A stretch of DNA of 64,000 nucleotides from Alphaproteobacteria bacterium (GCA_017475705.1 JAFVFB010000012.1:60525-124524), one strand, 5' to 3'. Numbered from the stretch's first letter, positions 10,213-21,941 are shown. Translations and numbers: made by a program. Notes: generated by a model not told the origin, from the sequence alone.

Positions 10213-11076
10213 ATGGAGATATTGATGCAATATACAATAAAAGAAACAACAGAAATAAAAGGAATCGGCTTACATTCTGGTTGCGATTCAACATTAGTAA
10301 TAGAACCAGCCGAAGAAAATTTTGGAATACAATTCTTTCGTAGTGATTTACCTTTAGAACAGCCGATTCGTGCCTTGTATTCCAATGTGGTTGATGTCAG
10401 AAATTGTACCTGCATCGGTTCGTCTCCTCAAAATATCATTAGCACAATAGAACATTTAATGGCAGCACTATATATTCAGGGTATCGATAACGCTAAAATC
10501 TCTATAAACAACCCAGAAATACCGATTCTTGATGGTAGTGCTAAGGTAATTTTAGATAAAATACAGCAAGTTGGCAAAAAACAGCAAAATGCTCCCCGTC
10601 ATTACCTCAAAATAATAAAAGAAATATTCTTTGATGATGGTAAAGGAGGGTCGATAACGCTGCTGCCTGCGGAAAGTTTACATATTTGTTTTGATATAGA
10701 ATTTCCATCAAAAATTGTTGGACATCAACAGTTTGATGAAGATATTACAGTAGAAAATTTTACCAAAGAGATTGCACCTAGCCGCACTTTTTGTGAAAAA
10801 TACCAAGTAGATTACTTAAAATCTATTGGTCTAATAAAGGGTGGTTCTTTAGAAAATGCCGTTGTCTTAGATGGTGAAACAATACTTAATCCAGAAGGAT
10901 TTCGTGTGCAAAATGAATGTGTTAAGCACAAGGTTCTGGATGTGATAGGGGATATGTACACTTCTGGGTATCATATTTTAGCAAAAATAGTTGCTAATAA
11001 AAGTGGACACTATCATAATAACGAAGTATTAAAAAAATTATTTAGTTCAAAAGATAATTATAGAATTATAGAATAA
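10213..11076 (+). CDS. lpxC: UDP-3-O-acyl-N-acetylglucosamine deacetylase
   Basis: 287 aa with LpxC signatures (TIKE....GIGLHSG, HKVLDVIGD) and lpxC-bamD-recN synteny. The true start may be the second Met at 10225. Confidence 0.9.
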   Translation: MEILMQYTIKETTEIKGIGLHSGCDSTLVIEPAEENFGIQFFRSDLPLEQPIRALYSNVVDVRNCTCIGSSPQNIISTIEHLMAALYIQGIDNAKISINNPEIPILDGSAKVILDKIQQVGKKQQNAPRHYLKIIKEIFFDDGKGGSITLLPAESLHICFDIEFPSKIVGHQQFDEDITVENFTKEIAPSRTFCEKYQVDYLKSIGLIKGGSLENAVVLDGETILNPEGFRVQNECVKHKVLDVIGDMYTSGYHILAKIVANKSGHYHNNEVLKKLFSSKDNYRIIE

Positions 11077-11089
11077 AGGGGGATTTATC

Positions 11090-11842
11090 GTGAAAAAATA
11101 TATTTACATATTGCCAATACTTGCGATGTTTTTATTGCCATCATGTGCTAGTCATAGCGAAGATGAAATGTTGGACGAAGATAAAAGTGCCGAAACATTG
11201 TACAATGAAGCATACAATTATCTGGAAAAAACTGCATATCAAAAAGCAGCAGAGGGGTTTGATAAAGTAGAAATGGAGCACCCCTATTCTAAGTGGGCCA
11301 CAAAATCAAAACTAATGGCCGCTTACTCTTATTACAAAGATGAAAAGTATGATGATGCTATAGCTGCATTAGACCGTTATATTCGTTTACACCCTGGTAA
11401 TAAAGATGTTGCATATGCCTATTACATGAGGGGTATATGTTTTTATGACCAAATAGCCCCCTCACAAAAAGAACAATCCGCAACCAAAGACGCTAAAGAG
11501 AGCTTTATGCAAGTGATAAGTATGTTTCCAAATAGTGAATATGCTGCAGATGCCAAATCAAAGATAGCTTTAATAGAAGACCACTTGGCTGGACATGAAA
11601 TGAGTGTCGGTCGCTACTACTTAAAAAATAAAGAATACATTTCTGCCCTAAATCGTTTTTCTATGGTAACAGATAATTACCAAGATACGGCACAATTAGA
11701 GGAAGCAATTTACAGAGAAATTGAGGTCTATAAAATTCTTGGCTTAGCCACAGAGGCTCAACGCAAAGAAGAAATTTTACGCCAAAATTATCCTGATGGG
11801 AAATGGACCAAGCGTGCTTCTAAGTTGATAAGAAAGGACTAA
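11090..11842 (+). CDS. bamD: outer membrane protein assembly factor BamD (ComL)
   Basis: 250 aa. Lipobox LLPSC and TPR-like repeats. Lies downstream of lpxC as in Rhizobiales. Confidence 0.8.
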   Translation: MKKYIYILPILAMFLLPSCASHSEDEMLDEDKSAETLYNEAYNYLEKTAYQKAAEGFDKVEMEHPYSKWATKSKLMAAYSYYKDEKYDDAIAALDRYIRLHPGNKDVAYAYYMRGICFYDQIAPSQKEQSATKDAKESFMQVISMFPNSEYAADAKSKIALIEDHLAGHEMSVGRYYLKNKEYISALNRFSMVTDNYQDTAQLEEAIYREIEVYKILGLATEAQRKEEILRQNYPDGKWTKRASKLIRKD

Positions 11843-11851
11843 TCAACTCTC

Positions 11852-13552
11852 ATGCTAAAATCTCTATCTGTTAAAAATGTTGTTCTCATAGACAGTCTGG
11901 ATATAGATTTTGGACGTGGGCTTATCGTATTAAGCGGAGAAACCGGCGCCGGTAAATCTATTTTATTGGATTCGCTTGGCTTGTTACTTGGCAATAAAAC
12001 AGATACCGGCTTAATTAGAAATGGAGAGGAAAAACTTTCTGTAACAGGAGTCTTTGATGTTTCTCCTCAAAATAAAATATTTGAATTAGCAGAAAAGTAT
12101 GAGTTAGATATTGATGGAGATATTATCATAAAACGCACTATTTCTGCAGATGGAAAAAGTAAAATACTGTTTAATGACCAAATAATAACCCTAAAGTTGC
12201 TTAAAGAACTAGCGCAATACTTGATAGAAATTCATGGTCAGCATGATAATCAGGGTTTACTAAACCCCTCTACCCACCTAAATATTTTAGATGCATATGG
12301 CGGTTATACCAAAGAACTGGATACAGTAAAAAACACTTATTTAGCATATAAAACAGCACAAAAAGAGTTTAACGAAAAATCTGCAAAGTTGCAAAAAGCA
12401 GCTGAAGATGAAGAAAACATTCGTCACTGGGTACAAGAGTTAGAAAAGGTTGCACCTCAAAAAGGAGAAGAAGAAGAACTGCGCCAGCGTCGCAGTGAAA
12501 TGATGAATGCTGAAAAAATCATCGAAAAACTAAATACAGCTTATACAGCATTAAATGCAAACACCTCGGTGATAGATAATATTTCAAAAGCTCGTAATGC
12601 TATAGCTAGAGCCAATGAGATAGTAAACAATAAATATTCAGAGATAGAGCAAATTCTTGAAAACGCATTATACACATTAAGTGAGGCAATAAATCAAATA
12701 GAAGCAAGTTCAACAGAAATCACCATAAACCAAAATGAAATAGATAATATAGAAACACGCCTGTTTTTACTAAAAGACCTTGCTAAAAAACACCAAACGG
12801 AAATCAATCTGTTACCGGAAAAATTACAAGAATTATCAGTAACGCTGAATAATTTAGAACTAGGAGCTGATGATTTAGAAGAGCTAAAAAGAAAAGTAAA
12901 TTCACTGCGTGAAAATTACATATTATCAGCACAAAAACTAAGTCAATCTCGCCAATCAGCTGCAAAAAAGTTAGATAAATCAATTGCAAAAGAGCTCCCT
13001 CCACTTAAAATGGATAAAGCTCATTTTCAAACCACAATAACGCAAAAAAAAGAGGAACATTGGACAGAAGAAGGGTGCGATAACGTTTGTTTTGAGGTAT
13101 CCACAAATCCTAACACGCCTCTGGGGCCATTGAATAAAATAGCCTCAGGAGGAGAGTTATCTCGTTTCATGCTTGCACTAAAAGTTAATTTAGCAGAACA
13201 AAGTCACGAAGAAACATTGATTTTTGATGAAATAGATACAGGAATTGGTGGTGCGACGGCTGAAGCTGTAGGAGAACGGTTATCACGCTTAAGCCAAAAG
13301 GAACAAATATTTGTTGTTACGCACTCTCCGCAAGTGGCTGCATTTAGTAATGAGCATTTTAAGGTTGAAAAGTATACAACCGGCAACATAACAACAACCA
13401 CCTTAACAAAATTGAATAATAAAGGGAAAGTGGAAGAAATTGCCAGAATGTTAGCCGGAGAGAAAATAAGCGAAGAAGCACGAGCCGCAGCATATGTATT
13501 ACTAAACAAAGATTCCAAACAAACCCCTGACCCCAAAAGCAAAGGAGCATAA
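11852..13552 (+). CDS. recN: DNA repair protein RecN
   Basis: 566 aa. Walker A GETGAGKS, a long coiled-coil middle, and the signature/Walker B region (SGGELSRFMLAL...LIFDEIDTGIGG). Confidence 0.9.
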   Translation: MLKSLSVKNVVLIDSLDIDFGRGLIVLSGETGAGKSILLDSLGLLLGNKTDTGLIRNGEEKLSVTGVFDVSPQNKIFELAEKYELDIDGDIIIKRTISADGKSKILFNDQIITLKLLKELAQYLIEIHGQHDNQGLLNPSTHLNILDAYGGYTKELDTVKNTYLAYKTAQKEFNEKSAKLQKAAEDEENIRHWVQELEKVAPQKGEEEELRQRRSEMMNAEKIIEKLNTAYTALNANTSVIDNISKARNAIARANEIVNNKYSEIEQILENALYTLSEAINQIEASSTEITINQNEIDNIETRLFLLKDLAKKHQTEINLLPEKLQELSVTLNNLELGADDLEELKRKVNSLRENYILSAQKLSQSRQSAAKKLDKSIAKELPPLKMDKAHFQTTITQKKEEHWTEEGCDNVCFEVSTNPNTPLGPLNKIASGGELSRFMLALKVNLAEQSHEETLIFDEIDTGIGGATAEAVGERLSRLSQKEQIFVVTHSPQVAAFSNEHFKVEKYTTGNITTTTLTKLNNKGKVEEIARMLAGEKISEEARAAAYVLLNKDSKQTPDPKSKGA

Positions 13553-15168
13553 TGATGATTGAATCAATAAAAAACAGTGATTTTGATGTTGAGGATATAG
13601 TGACGCAAAAATGGAGAAATATATCGGTCCTGTCCAAAAAGTCGTTTCTTTGGATATTTATAATTACTAATATTGTCTTTTTATTTCATACAGTAACATT
13701 TTTTTGGGGAAATCATGATTGGACACTAATAAAAAACGGCTTTGGTATAACAAATGATATGTTAAAATTAGGACGATTTACCAGTGGGGCACTCCAACAA
13801 CTTATGGGCGGAGATATCTTACCGATAGCGAATAATTTATTCTGTTTTGCAGGTTTTACTTTGGCCGCTATATATCTTGCAAAATATTGGAAAATACCAC
13901 AGACCCCAATTACTTATATAATGTTTGGTCTTTTTGTAATAATAACGCCATATACTCTGCCATGGTTATGGTATACCAAACAGACAACTTTATTCTGGAA
14001 TATATTATTTTGTGTTTTAGCTTTAATTTTATCTGAAAAATATAGTCTGATAAAATCAATTATTGCCATAAGTCTCATTACTTTTAACCTAGGGACATAT
14101 GCTTCTTTAATTTCAACACTTTTAATAATGCTTTTAGGACGCATTTTGATAGATATAATGTATGAAGAAAAAAGTCTCAAAATGCTTATAAATAGCTATA
14201 CTAATTCAATAATAAATATAGTCATTGGTAGTGTGCTTTTTCTTATCGTCCTTTTATGGTTAAAATACACAGGAAAAATGGGACAAGGGCAAGCGAATAC
14301 AGATTTTATCTCAATAACAGACTTGAAGCAAAAAATAAGTTATTTGATACATATCAAAAGTATTTTTTACACAGCGACACCATACATTAGCAGCAAATTA
14401 ATGTTTTTAATGACGTTACCTGTATTTGGCGTTTTTTATATTGCAATAAAAAAGCACGTTTTTCTCAAAACGCTTATAGGAATATTGCTTTTATTTATAT
14501 GCAGTCAAATGACAAATTTATTAGCAAAAGAGAATTTTAATCATTACACAAGAGTCGAGTTCTTTTCATATCCATTTTTATTTGCAGCATTTATTGCTGG
14601 TTGCTTAAAGTATACCAAGAGCGTAAAGTCATTAACAATTATCCTCCTCACAGTCATAATCTATTCTTGTGCCCTGTCAGATTTTCGTTTTCAGAGAGTT
14701 AATTATCTGGGAAAAATGGCAGAAATGGAACAATACCAAGATATAAAAGCAAGAATAAAATCAAACAAGGCTTTTCGTAATAAAGAATATATATTAATCA
14801 GTGTCGGCGCAAATACAAAACGTCCACTTTTTTATCATTACAATAAATCTAAAGGCTATGCAGGAGATATATTAAAACACGGTACGATTCGCAATTGGAA
14901 TGAAACAGAATATTATAATTTTTCAGAAGAAAAACCTTTTATAAAAAAGTCGTTTTTATTAAGTAGCAAGAGGTTTATGCCCAAAGATATCAAAACTTTA
15001 ACAGAAATTTCAAACTTTATTTTTCAAAAAGCAAAGCCTTATCCGTATGAAAATTCTGTGTATATTGATAACAAATACATATACATAATATATAATGAAC
15101 AGGGGTTAAAGCAAGCAAAAGAAAATTTACGCGAAATGTTAAAAAAGAAAGGAGTACAATATGAATAA
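13552..15168 (+). CDS. polytopic membrane protein, putative GT-C-fold glycosyltransferase
   Basis: 538 aa. About 11 TM followed by a ~170 aa soluble C-terminal domain. Start overlaps the recN stop and the end overlaps the downstream GtrB-like GT2, which suggests translational coupling. Very AT-rich. Confidence 0.4.
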   Translation: MMIESIKNSDFDVEDIVTQKWRNISVLSKKSFLWIFIITNIVFLFHTVTFFWGNHDWTLIKNGFGITNDMLKLGRFTSGALQQLMGGDILPIANNLFCFAGFTLAAIYLAKYWKIPQTPITYIMFGLFVIITPYTLPWLWYTKQTTLFWNILFCVLALILSEKYSLIKSIIAISLITFNLGTYASLISTLLIMLLGRILIDIMYEEKSLKMLINSYTNSIINIVIGSVLFLIVLLWLKYTGKMGQGQANTDFISITDLKQKISYLIHIKSIFYTATPYISSKLMFLMTLPVFGVFYIAIKKHVFLKTLIGILLLFICSQMTNLLAKENFNHYTRVEFFSYPFLFAAFIAGCLKYTKSVKSLTIILLTVIIYSCALSDFRFQRVNYLGKMAEMEQYQDIKARIKSNKAFRNKEYILISVGANTKRPLFYHYNKSKGYAGDILKHGTIRNWNETEYYNFSEEKPFIKKSFLLSSKRFMPKDIKTLTEISNFIFQKAKPYPYENSVYIDNKYIYIIYNEQGLKQAKENLREMLKKKGVQYE

Positions 15169-16117
15169 CATACCTGATATATCATTTGTTGTTCCAATGT
15201 ACAATGAAGAAGATGTCATCGCAACATTCTTCTCGACCATGGATAAGACACTGAAAAAAATACCTCAATACACTTATGAATTTATATGCGTTAATGATGG
15301 TAGCAAAGATAAAACCCTACCAATATTAAAAGAATATGCCACTAAAGATAGGCGTATAAAAATTATCAGTTTCTCACGTAATTTTTATAAAGAGCAAGCT
15401 CTTTTTGCCGGTCTAGAGGCTTCATCAGGTCGCTGTGTTATTCCGATGGATGCAGATTTACAGGACCCTCCGGCACTAATTCTTAAATTTATAAAGAAAT
15501 GGCAAGAAGGTTATGAGGTCGTTTATGGTGTAAGAACAGAAAGAACTAAAGATACACTAATCAAGCGTATAACAGCTAACCTTTTTTATAAGATATTTAA
15601 TTTTATAGCGGATAGACCCATTCCAGCCAATACTGGAGATTACCGCTTGATGGATAGAAAAGTTGTTGATGCAATTTTACAAATTAAAGAAAATAAGCTA
15701 TTTATGAAAGGAATTTTCAGTTGGGTCGGGTTCAAATCTTGTGGTGTCGAATACCAAAGGCCCAAAAGAGCCGCTGGCAAAACGAAATTTAACTATTGGA
15801 AATTATGGAATTTTGCCCTTGATGGCATTACTGCTTCAACAACATTGCCTTTAAGAATATGGACTTATATAGGAAGCTTTATTGCTGCAATTTCTGGTCT
15901 ATATGCACTTTATATTATTGGTAGAACACTTTTTATGGGGGTATCCGTTCCTGGCTATGCCTCATTACTCGTTTGTATTTTATTTTTCGGCTCTGTACAA
16001 CTAATTGTTCTAGGTATCTTCGGAGAATACATTGGTCGAATATTTATGGAGGTCAAACGCCGTCCACGTTATATCATAGATGAAAAAATCAATTTAATAG
16101 AACATGACAAAATTTAA
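15161..16117 (+). CDS. GT2 polyprenol-phosphate glycosyltransferase (GtrB/ArnC-like)
   Basis: 318 aa with VVPMYNEE...NDGSKDKT...DADLQDP motifs. Two C-terminal TM, as in GtrB/ArnC. Confidence 0.8.
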   Translation: MNNIPDISFVVPMYNEEDVIATFFSTMDKTLKKIPQYTYEFICVNDGSKDKTLPILKEYATKDRRIKIISFSRNFYKEQALFAGLEASSGRCVIPMDADLQDPPALILKFIKKWQEGYEVVYGVRTERTKDTLIKRITANLFYKIFNFIADRPIPANTGDYRLMDRKVVDAILQIKENKLFMKGIFSWVGFKSCGVEYQRPKRAAGKTKFNYWKLWNFALDGITASTTLPLRIWTYIGSFIAAISGLYALYIIGRTLFMGVSVPGYASLLVCILFFGSVQLIVLGIFGEYIGRIFMEVKRRPRYIIDEKINLIEHDKI

Positions 16118-17070
16118 AGAGCTCTTTTTCTTCTTTTTAACCGTGCGAGTTTATAGCTGACAACAGAAGTATCACGACCTGCTTTTGCCAATCTATCATA
16201 CATCCTCTCAATTTCTTTTTCTAAGTAGGCTGTTTCCATATCGCTTTCCAAGGTTGCTTTTTCATCTTCAGAGCCAAAACCTCTGATAGCGCTAACTTCT
16301 CTAATGATATCAATAACATCTTTTCGAGAGTTCTGCCTACGTTTGATGAAATAAGGTAATTCGTAAACAAGCTCACGAGAGCTATCATAGACGCTTTTAA
16401 CGTCTTTATGTGCACTAAATTTAGATTTCAGCAGATTAAAGGCAACTTCAAGTTCGAAGTCATTATCAACCACAATAAAAGGCACAGGGTCGGAGAAGCC
16501 TTTATTGGAAATAGATTTTAAGAATTCCAACAAATGATGAAAGAATCCTCCAATATTATACAAAATAAAGGGTTTCTTTTCAAGCAGCCCATCTTGCATC
16601 GCAACACAATCATAAGCGAGTTCATCAAGTGTGCCCACGCCACCGGGAGCAAAAACAACAAAATCAGCATCAAGTAATTTCTGTTTTCTTTCTTCCAGAG
16701 TTTTAGCAAAAATAACATTTATATGCTTCAACAAATCGTCATTTGAATCATAAAGCTTAAAATATTCCTGAGTTGTAATCCCCTGAATTGGAAAATCTGG
16801 ATTTTCAAAATTACGTTTAGCATTCCAAGCATCCATGACGCCACGAGCAACCGCCCCCATAATGCCCGTATTAGAAAGGCCAAAATCCAATTTAAATCCC
16901 ATCTCAACAATTTTTCTGCCCAAATTATAAGTTTCCCTTATATATAATGGGTTGTTACCCTCACGAGACCCACCAGCAACAAAAACACGAATACCATTTT
17001 TATTGTTTTCTTTAATAAAAGCTGAAAGAAGATCTTCATTGCTTGTAGAATTTAAATTTTTCTTAGTCAT
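16114..17070 (-). CDS. LOG-family (TIGR00730) nucleotide-binding protein
   Basis: Carries VFVAGGSREG...GIMGAVARG...PGGVGTLDEL motifs plus a ~100 aa C-terminal extension. The likely start is the internal Met (MTKKNL) at 17070; the longer ORF starting at 17145 would overlap tgt. Confidence 0.7.
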   Translation of the reverse strand: MTKKNLNSTSNEDLLSAFIKENNKNGIRVFVAGGSREGNNPLYIRETYNLGRKIVEMGFKLDFGLSNTGIMGAVARGVMDAWNAKRNFENPDFPIQGITTQEYFKLYDSNDDLLKHINVIFAKTLEERKQKLLDADFVVFAPGGVGTLDELAYDCVAMQDGLLEKKPFILYNIGGFFHHLLEFLKSISNKGFSDPVPFIVVDNDFELEVAFNLLKSKFSAHKDVKSVYDSSRELVYELPYFIKRRQNSRKDVIDIIREVSAIRGFGSEDEKATLESDMETAYLEKEIERMYDRLAKAGRDTSVVSYKLARLKRRKRAL

Positions 17071-17071
17071 A

Positions 17072-18199
<1,128 letters not shown>

Positions 18200-18207
18200 T
18201 TATCCTA

Positions 18208-19353
18208 TTATTCTTTATAAATTTTACTCCACAGAGGGATATTATTGCCGATTCCCGGAGCCAATTTTTTTGTTTCAATAAAAGCCATTTCCCCATTGTC
18301 AAACATAACGCGCATCCATGCTTTATCTGTTGTATAACCAGTAATTCTTACAGTGGTACCTACTTCAACTTCCCTATATGCATCAAATCCTTTATCAGCG
18401 CCATGCATAGCTGTTGTTTTGGTAATAACATGATATAGCTTATCTTTATCATAAATGTCTACAGGAATATCAAAAATTTTAGCAACAGCAACATCGCTAA
18501 AGGTCTTTTTCCCATCATTAAAGACAACAACTTGCTTAACTTGAGCTTTATCTTCGTTATCTGCACGCAAATAATCTAAATGCCAAATTCCCAAAATTAA
18601 GCACAAAAGACAAGCAAAGCCCCCAAAATAAAAAAGTTGCACCTGACGTAATTTTGCAAAATTCCATTTTCTTATAACAGGTAATTCAAAATTCCCAAGT
18701 TCGTTAATAAACTGATTAATATAAGCAAGTTGTTCTCGGTTGGCATACTGTTTCGCTTGCATAGCAGAAGATGCTGCCTCATTAATCTTTCCCTCTGCTT
18801 GATAAACCAACGCATTGTGCATAAGCAACGTAAGATTATCTTTATCACAATTGAATGCAAAGAGGTTTTGTAAAATAGCTTTAATATTAAGTCCAAAAGC
18901 GGTAATACCCCAAAATCCATAAAGCCAATTATGTTTAGTAATATTACGCACTACATTAATGGCTTCAGCCGGATTACAATAGTATATTTTGTTAATAGAT
19001 TGATGTCCCAAACCTTTTCCGGTAACCTCAATCATATGTATGGCGCGCAGGTTAATATCTTGTTGCCCATGCATATTATAGAGTAGAGCCAATGCCCCCA
19101 TGTCTGGAAAATTTGCTTTATCGTAAATCATGGAAAGAATGGTATATTTTAACCTACTTTGTTTATCTTTCAGAGTTTCATATGCTACAGAAAGGGCTTG
19201 AAACATATCCAATGCATTAGGGGATTTATTATGGTCAGGATGCCAAAATTTAGCAAGCCGACGATAGTTTTGCCTTATGTTTTCTTCAGATGCATCAGGG
19301 GTGACCTCTAAAATCTTAAAATATCCTAATTGATCAAATAAAACCTTATCCAT
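18208..19353 (-). CDS. J-domain (DnaJ-like) protein with TPR-like middle, one TM and C-terminal periplasmic domain
   Basis: 381 aa. Canonical J domain with HPD (YFKILEV...LAKFWHPDHN...AYETLKD). The TM segment is LFYFGGFACLLCLILGIWHL. Confidence 0.6.
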   Translation of the reverse strand: MDKVLFDQLGYFKILEVTPDASEENIRQNYRRLAKFWHPDHNKSPNALDMFQALSVAYETLKDKQSRLKYTILSMIYDKANFPDMGALALLYNMHGQQDINLRAIHMIEVTGKGLGHQSINKIYYCNPAEAINVVRNITKHNWLYGFWGITAFGLNIKAILQNLFAFNCDKDNLTLLMHNALVYQAEGKINEAASSAMQAKQYANREQLAYINQFINELGNFELPVIRKWNFAKLRQVQLFYFGGFACLLCLILGIWHLDYLRADNEDKAQVKQVVVFNDGKKTFSDVAVAKIFDIPVDIYDKDKLYHVITKTTAMHGADKGFDAYREVEVGTTVRITGYTTDKAWMRVMFDNGEMAFIETKKLAPGIGNNIPLWSKIYKE

Positions 19354-19354
19354 A

Positions 19355-20155
19355 TTAGTTATCTGCCTCCATTAGTTTTTGCGCAATATGTCTAATATCT
19401 GTTGCCGCTTCCGAAGATGGATAGCGAGATAATAATAATTCTTTGTTTCTTATAGTATCCCTAATACGAGTATCAAAGCGAACAATACCTAATAAATTAG
19501 GCATTTCCATGTTATGGCGTTCCACAGCTTTATACAACTCTTTATAAATTTTATAACCATCTTCAAACGAATTAACACGGTTAATAATCAAAAAACAGCG
19601 TGAATGAATATTCAGTTGGTAAAATAAGCGTAAAGTATCAAACGTTTTAACGAGATCACTGCTTTTTTCAGAACACATGAGCAAAATTTTCTCTGCAATA
19701 TGGCACAATCCCAACGTTTGTTCATTAATATTAGCGCCGACATCAATGATAGTATGCTGATAATCCTGCGCAAGGATAGCAAGGTCTTCTGCAAAAATAT
19801 GAATCCTTCCCAAAGGCATATTCTCAAGGAAATTATTTCCAGGAGATGCCGTCAAAATGTTAAAATCCTTATTTTTGTAGGCAGTCAAAAGTTGATTAAC
19901 TGTTTTTTGATGAGCGGCATATTCTTCAAGATACAAAGGGTTATTTAATAGAATATATGAGCTGATATTAGCAAGTCCACCATTTCCATCAACCAATAAG
20001 ACACGCTCTTTTTCGAGGTTAAGTGCATGCGCCAAAGTAAGAGCGCACCAGGATGTGCCAATATGCTCTGTTCCTGAAACAAAAGCTGAAATATGTTTAG
20101 GATTGCCGCTTTTTAAGAACAACCTTTTATATACTAAATCTAAATCTTCACTCAC
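19355..20155 (-). CDS. ParA/MinD-family protein with degenerate P-loop
   Basis: 266 aa with a MinD/ParA-like fold. The deviant Walker A position reads VSGTEHIGTS instead of KGGxGKT. Confidence 0.5.
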   Translation of the reverse strand: MSEDLDLVYKRLFLKSGNPKHISAFVSGTEHIGTSWCALTLAHALNLEKERVLLVDGNGGLANISSYILLNNPLYLEEYAAHQKTVNQLLTAYKNKDFNILTASPGNNFLENMPLGRIHIFAEDLAILAQDYQHTIIDVGANINEQTLGLCHIAEKILLMCSEKSSDLVKTFDTLRLFYQLNIHSRCFLIINRVNSFEDGYKIYKELYKAVERHNMEMPNLLGIVRFDTRIRDTIRNKELLLSRYPSSEAATDIRHIAQKLMEADN

Positions 20156-20274
20156 GTTAAAACCTCAAAACAATTTCAGCAAAACAATATTATCAAAAAG
20201 ATAATAGATAAATCTTTTTTTAACATAATACCAATTATATTTAAAATGCAAAGATTCTTTTTAGGAGAGCCAAA

Positions 20275-21207
20275 ATGAGACGCAGTATTTTATCAATTTT
20301 AATCACTTTATGCGGGGTTATAACTTCCAGAGCAGAAACAATACAAATGATAGGTCATGATGAATATGGCTATAATCTCCCGAAATATATCAGCACTGCT
20401 CCCAAAGCCGGTGGTCGCATTAAATTAAGACTAAAAGCACTGGCAGATGATAAAAATTTTCCAATCTCATCACTTGAGCAAGGTTCTGTCTTTAGCAAAA
20501 TTTTTGATGAAATGTTGATAAAAAATTCAATCCAATTTTCAATTATATATCGGCCAGAGACCTATCAAAAGGCTGTAAGAGATTTTGAAAGAAATGAATC
20601 AAGAGAAATAAATGCCCACTTTGGCGTATACTACAAAGATGCGCCGTATTCCAAAAATCAATACATTTATCCAGCGTTCTTTACCAACGATGTTCACATC
20701 ATAACATCTTTACACAATAAGCTTGAACTAGCAACCAAAAATGATTTGAAAAAATATAAAGGTATACATGTGCAAACAGATAAAATATCAGACTTTGTTG
20801 CCAAGGATTTTACTTCCTTTAATATAAAAGAAGTAGAAAGTTTTTCTAAAGCCTTTGAATTGCTATTAACCGGAGAAATAGATTATATAGCCGCAAGTTA
20901 TTATCCAAGCTTAATAGAACTCTATAAAACAGGTATAAGAGATTACGTTGCATACAGCCAAGAGCCAGTATGGAAAATACCAATGTTTATAAGAGTTCAC
21001 CCCCAATTAATGAAATCCCCTAAGATAAAAGAGCTAGAAAATATATTAAAAAGCGATGAATATAAAAAACAAAGAGATGAGCTTTTAACAGAACTTATTG
21101 AAATATATCAAGAAAATACCAGAGGGATAGTTCCACCAAAATATGTAAAAGAAACACCGGATAATACAGCAGAAAGCGAACCACTAAAAGTAAAAGATAA
21201 TTTTTAA
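20275..21207 (+). CDS. periplasmic solute-binding-protein-like (PBP2 fold) protein, orphan
   Basis: 310 aa with a signal peptide. SBP_bac_3-like pattern (...KKYKGIHVQTDKISDFVAKDF...). No adjacent ABC transporter genes. Confidence 0.45.
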   Translation: MRRSILSILITLCGVITSRAETIQMIGHDEYGYNLPKYISTAPKAGGRIKLRLKALADDKNFPISSLEQGSVFSKIFDEMLIKNSIQFSIIYRPETYQKAVRDFERNESREINAHFGVYYKDAPYSKNQYIYPAFFTNDVHIITSLHNKLELATKNDLKKYKGIHVQTDKISDFVAKDFTSFNIKEVESFSKAFELLLTGEIDYIAASYYPSLIELYKTGIRDYVAYSQEPVWKIPMFIRVHPQLMKSPKIKELENILKSDEYKKQRDELLTELIEIYQENTRGIVPPKYVKETPDNTAESEPLKVKDNF

Positions 21208-21275
21208 CAGAAACAAAAGCTTGAAAAAAATAATTTAACGATATAGCATACAAAAGATGTTTTTGGAGAGGAATA

Positions 21276-21941
21276 ATGGTTTTATTGGGTCATCATAGTA
21301 TATCGCCGCAGTCGCGTAAAGTGCGGTTGATTATGGCTGAGAAAAAGATGTTGTTTGTCTTAAAAGAAGAAGATCCATGGAATATCTCCCCAGAAATAAA
21401 AAAAATTAATCCAGCAGGGGATTTACCTATATTAATTTTTGATGGCAATGTCATATCTGGTAATTACGCAATTACAGAATATTTGGAAGAAAGCAATCCA
21501 CAATACAAATTACTGCCAGAAGGCGCAAAAGAACGCGCGGAGATTCGTAGAATAATAGATTGGTTTGATACAAAGTTTTATAATGAAGTTTACAAATATA
21601 TTGTAACAGAAAAAATTATTAAGCGTTTTCAGCTAAGACAGGCTCCTAATTCAAAAGTTTTGAAGGCCGGCCTAAATAACCTCAAATTTCATATGCAATA
21701 TATTGATTATCTAGCAGATAGAAACAACTATATTGCAGGAAGGACATTGAGTTTGGCAGATTTAACCGTCGCAGCTCATTTATCTATCATAGATTATTTA
21801 GGGGATATTTCTTGGAATGAATACAAAAATGCCAAATTATGGTATGCAAAAGTGAAATCAAGGCCGAGTTTTAAAGATATATTAAAAGATAATATTCGTG
21901 GTATTCCCCCCTCTGCTAATTATGCAAATTTGGATTTTTAA
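21276..21941 (+). CDS. glutathione S-transferase
   Basis: 221 aa. N-terminal thioredoxin-like GST domain (LGHHSISPQSRKVRL) and a C-terminal helical domain. Confidence 0.7.
   Translation: MVLLGHHSISPQSRKVRLIMAEKKMLFVLKEEDPWNISPEIKKINPAGDLPILIFDGNVISGNYAITEYLEESNPQYKLLPEGAKERAEIRRIIDWFDTKFYNEVYKYIVTEKIIKRFQLRQAPNSKVLKAGLNNLKFHMQYIDYLADRNNYIAGRTLSLADLTVAAHLSIIDYLGDISWNEYKNAKLWYAKVKSRPSFKDILKDNIRGIPPSANYANLDF

Noticed and set aside
9979-10415. Two minus-strand ORFs (73 and 87 aa) near the lpxC start
   Set aside because: They overlap the RNase P RNA gene and the lpxC 5' region. The conserved rnpB blocks explain the locus.
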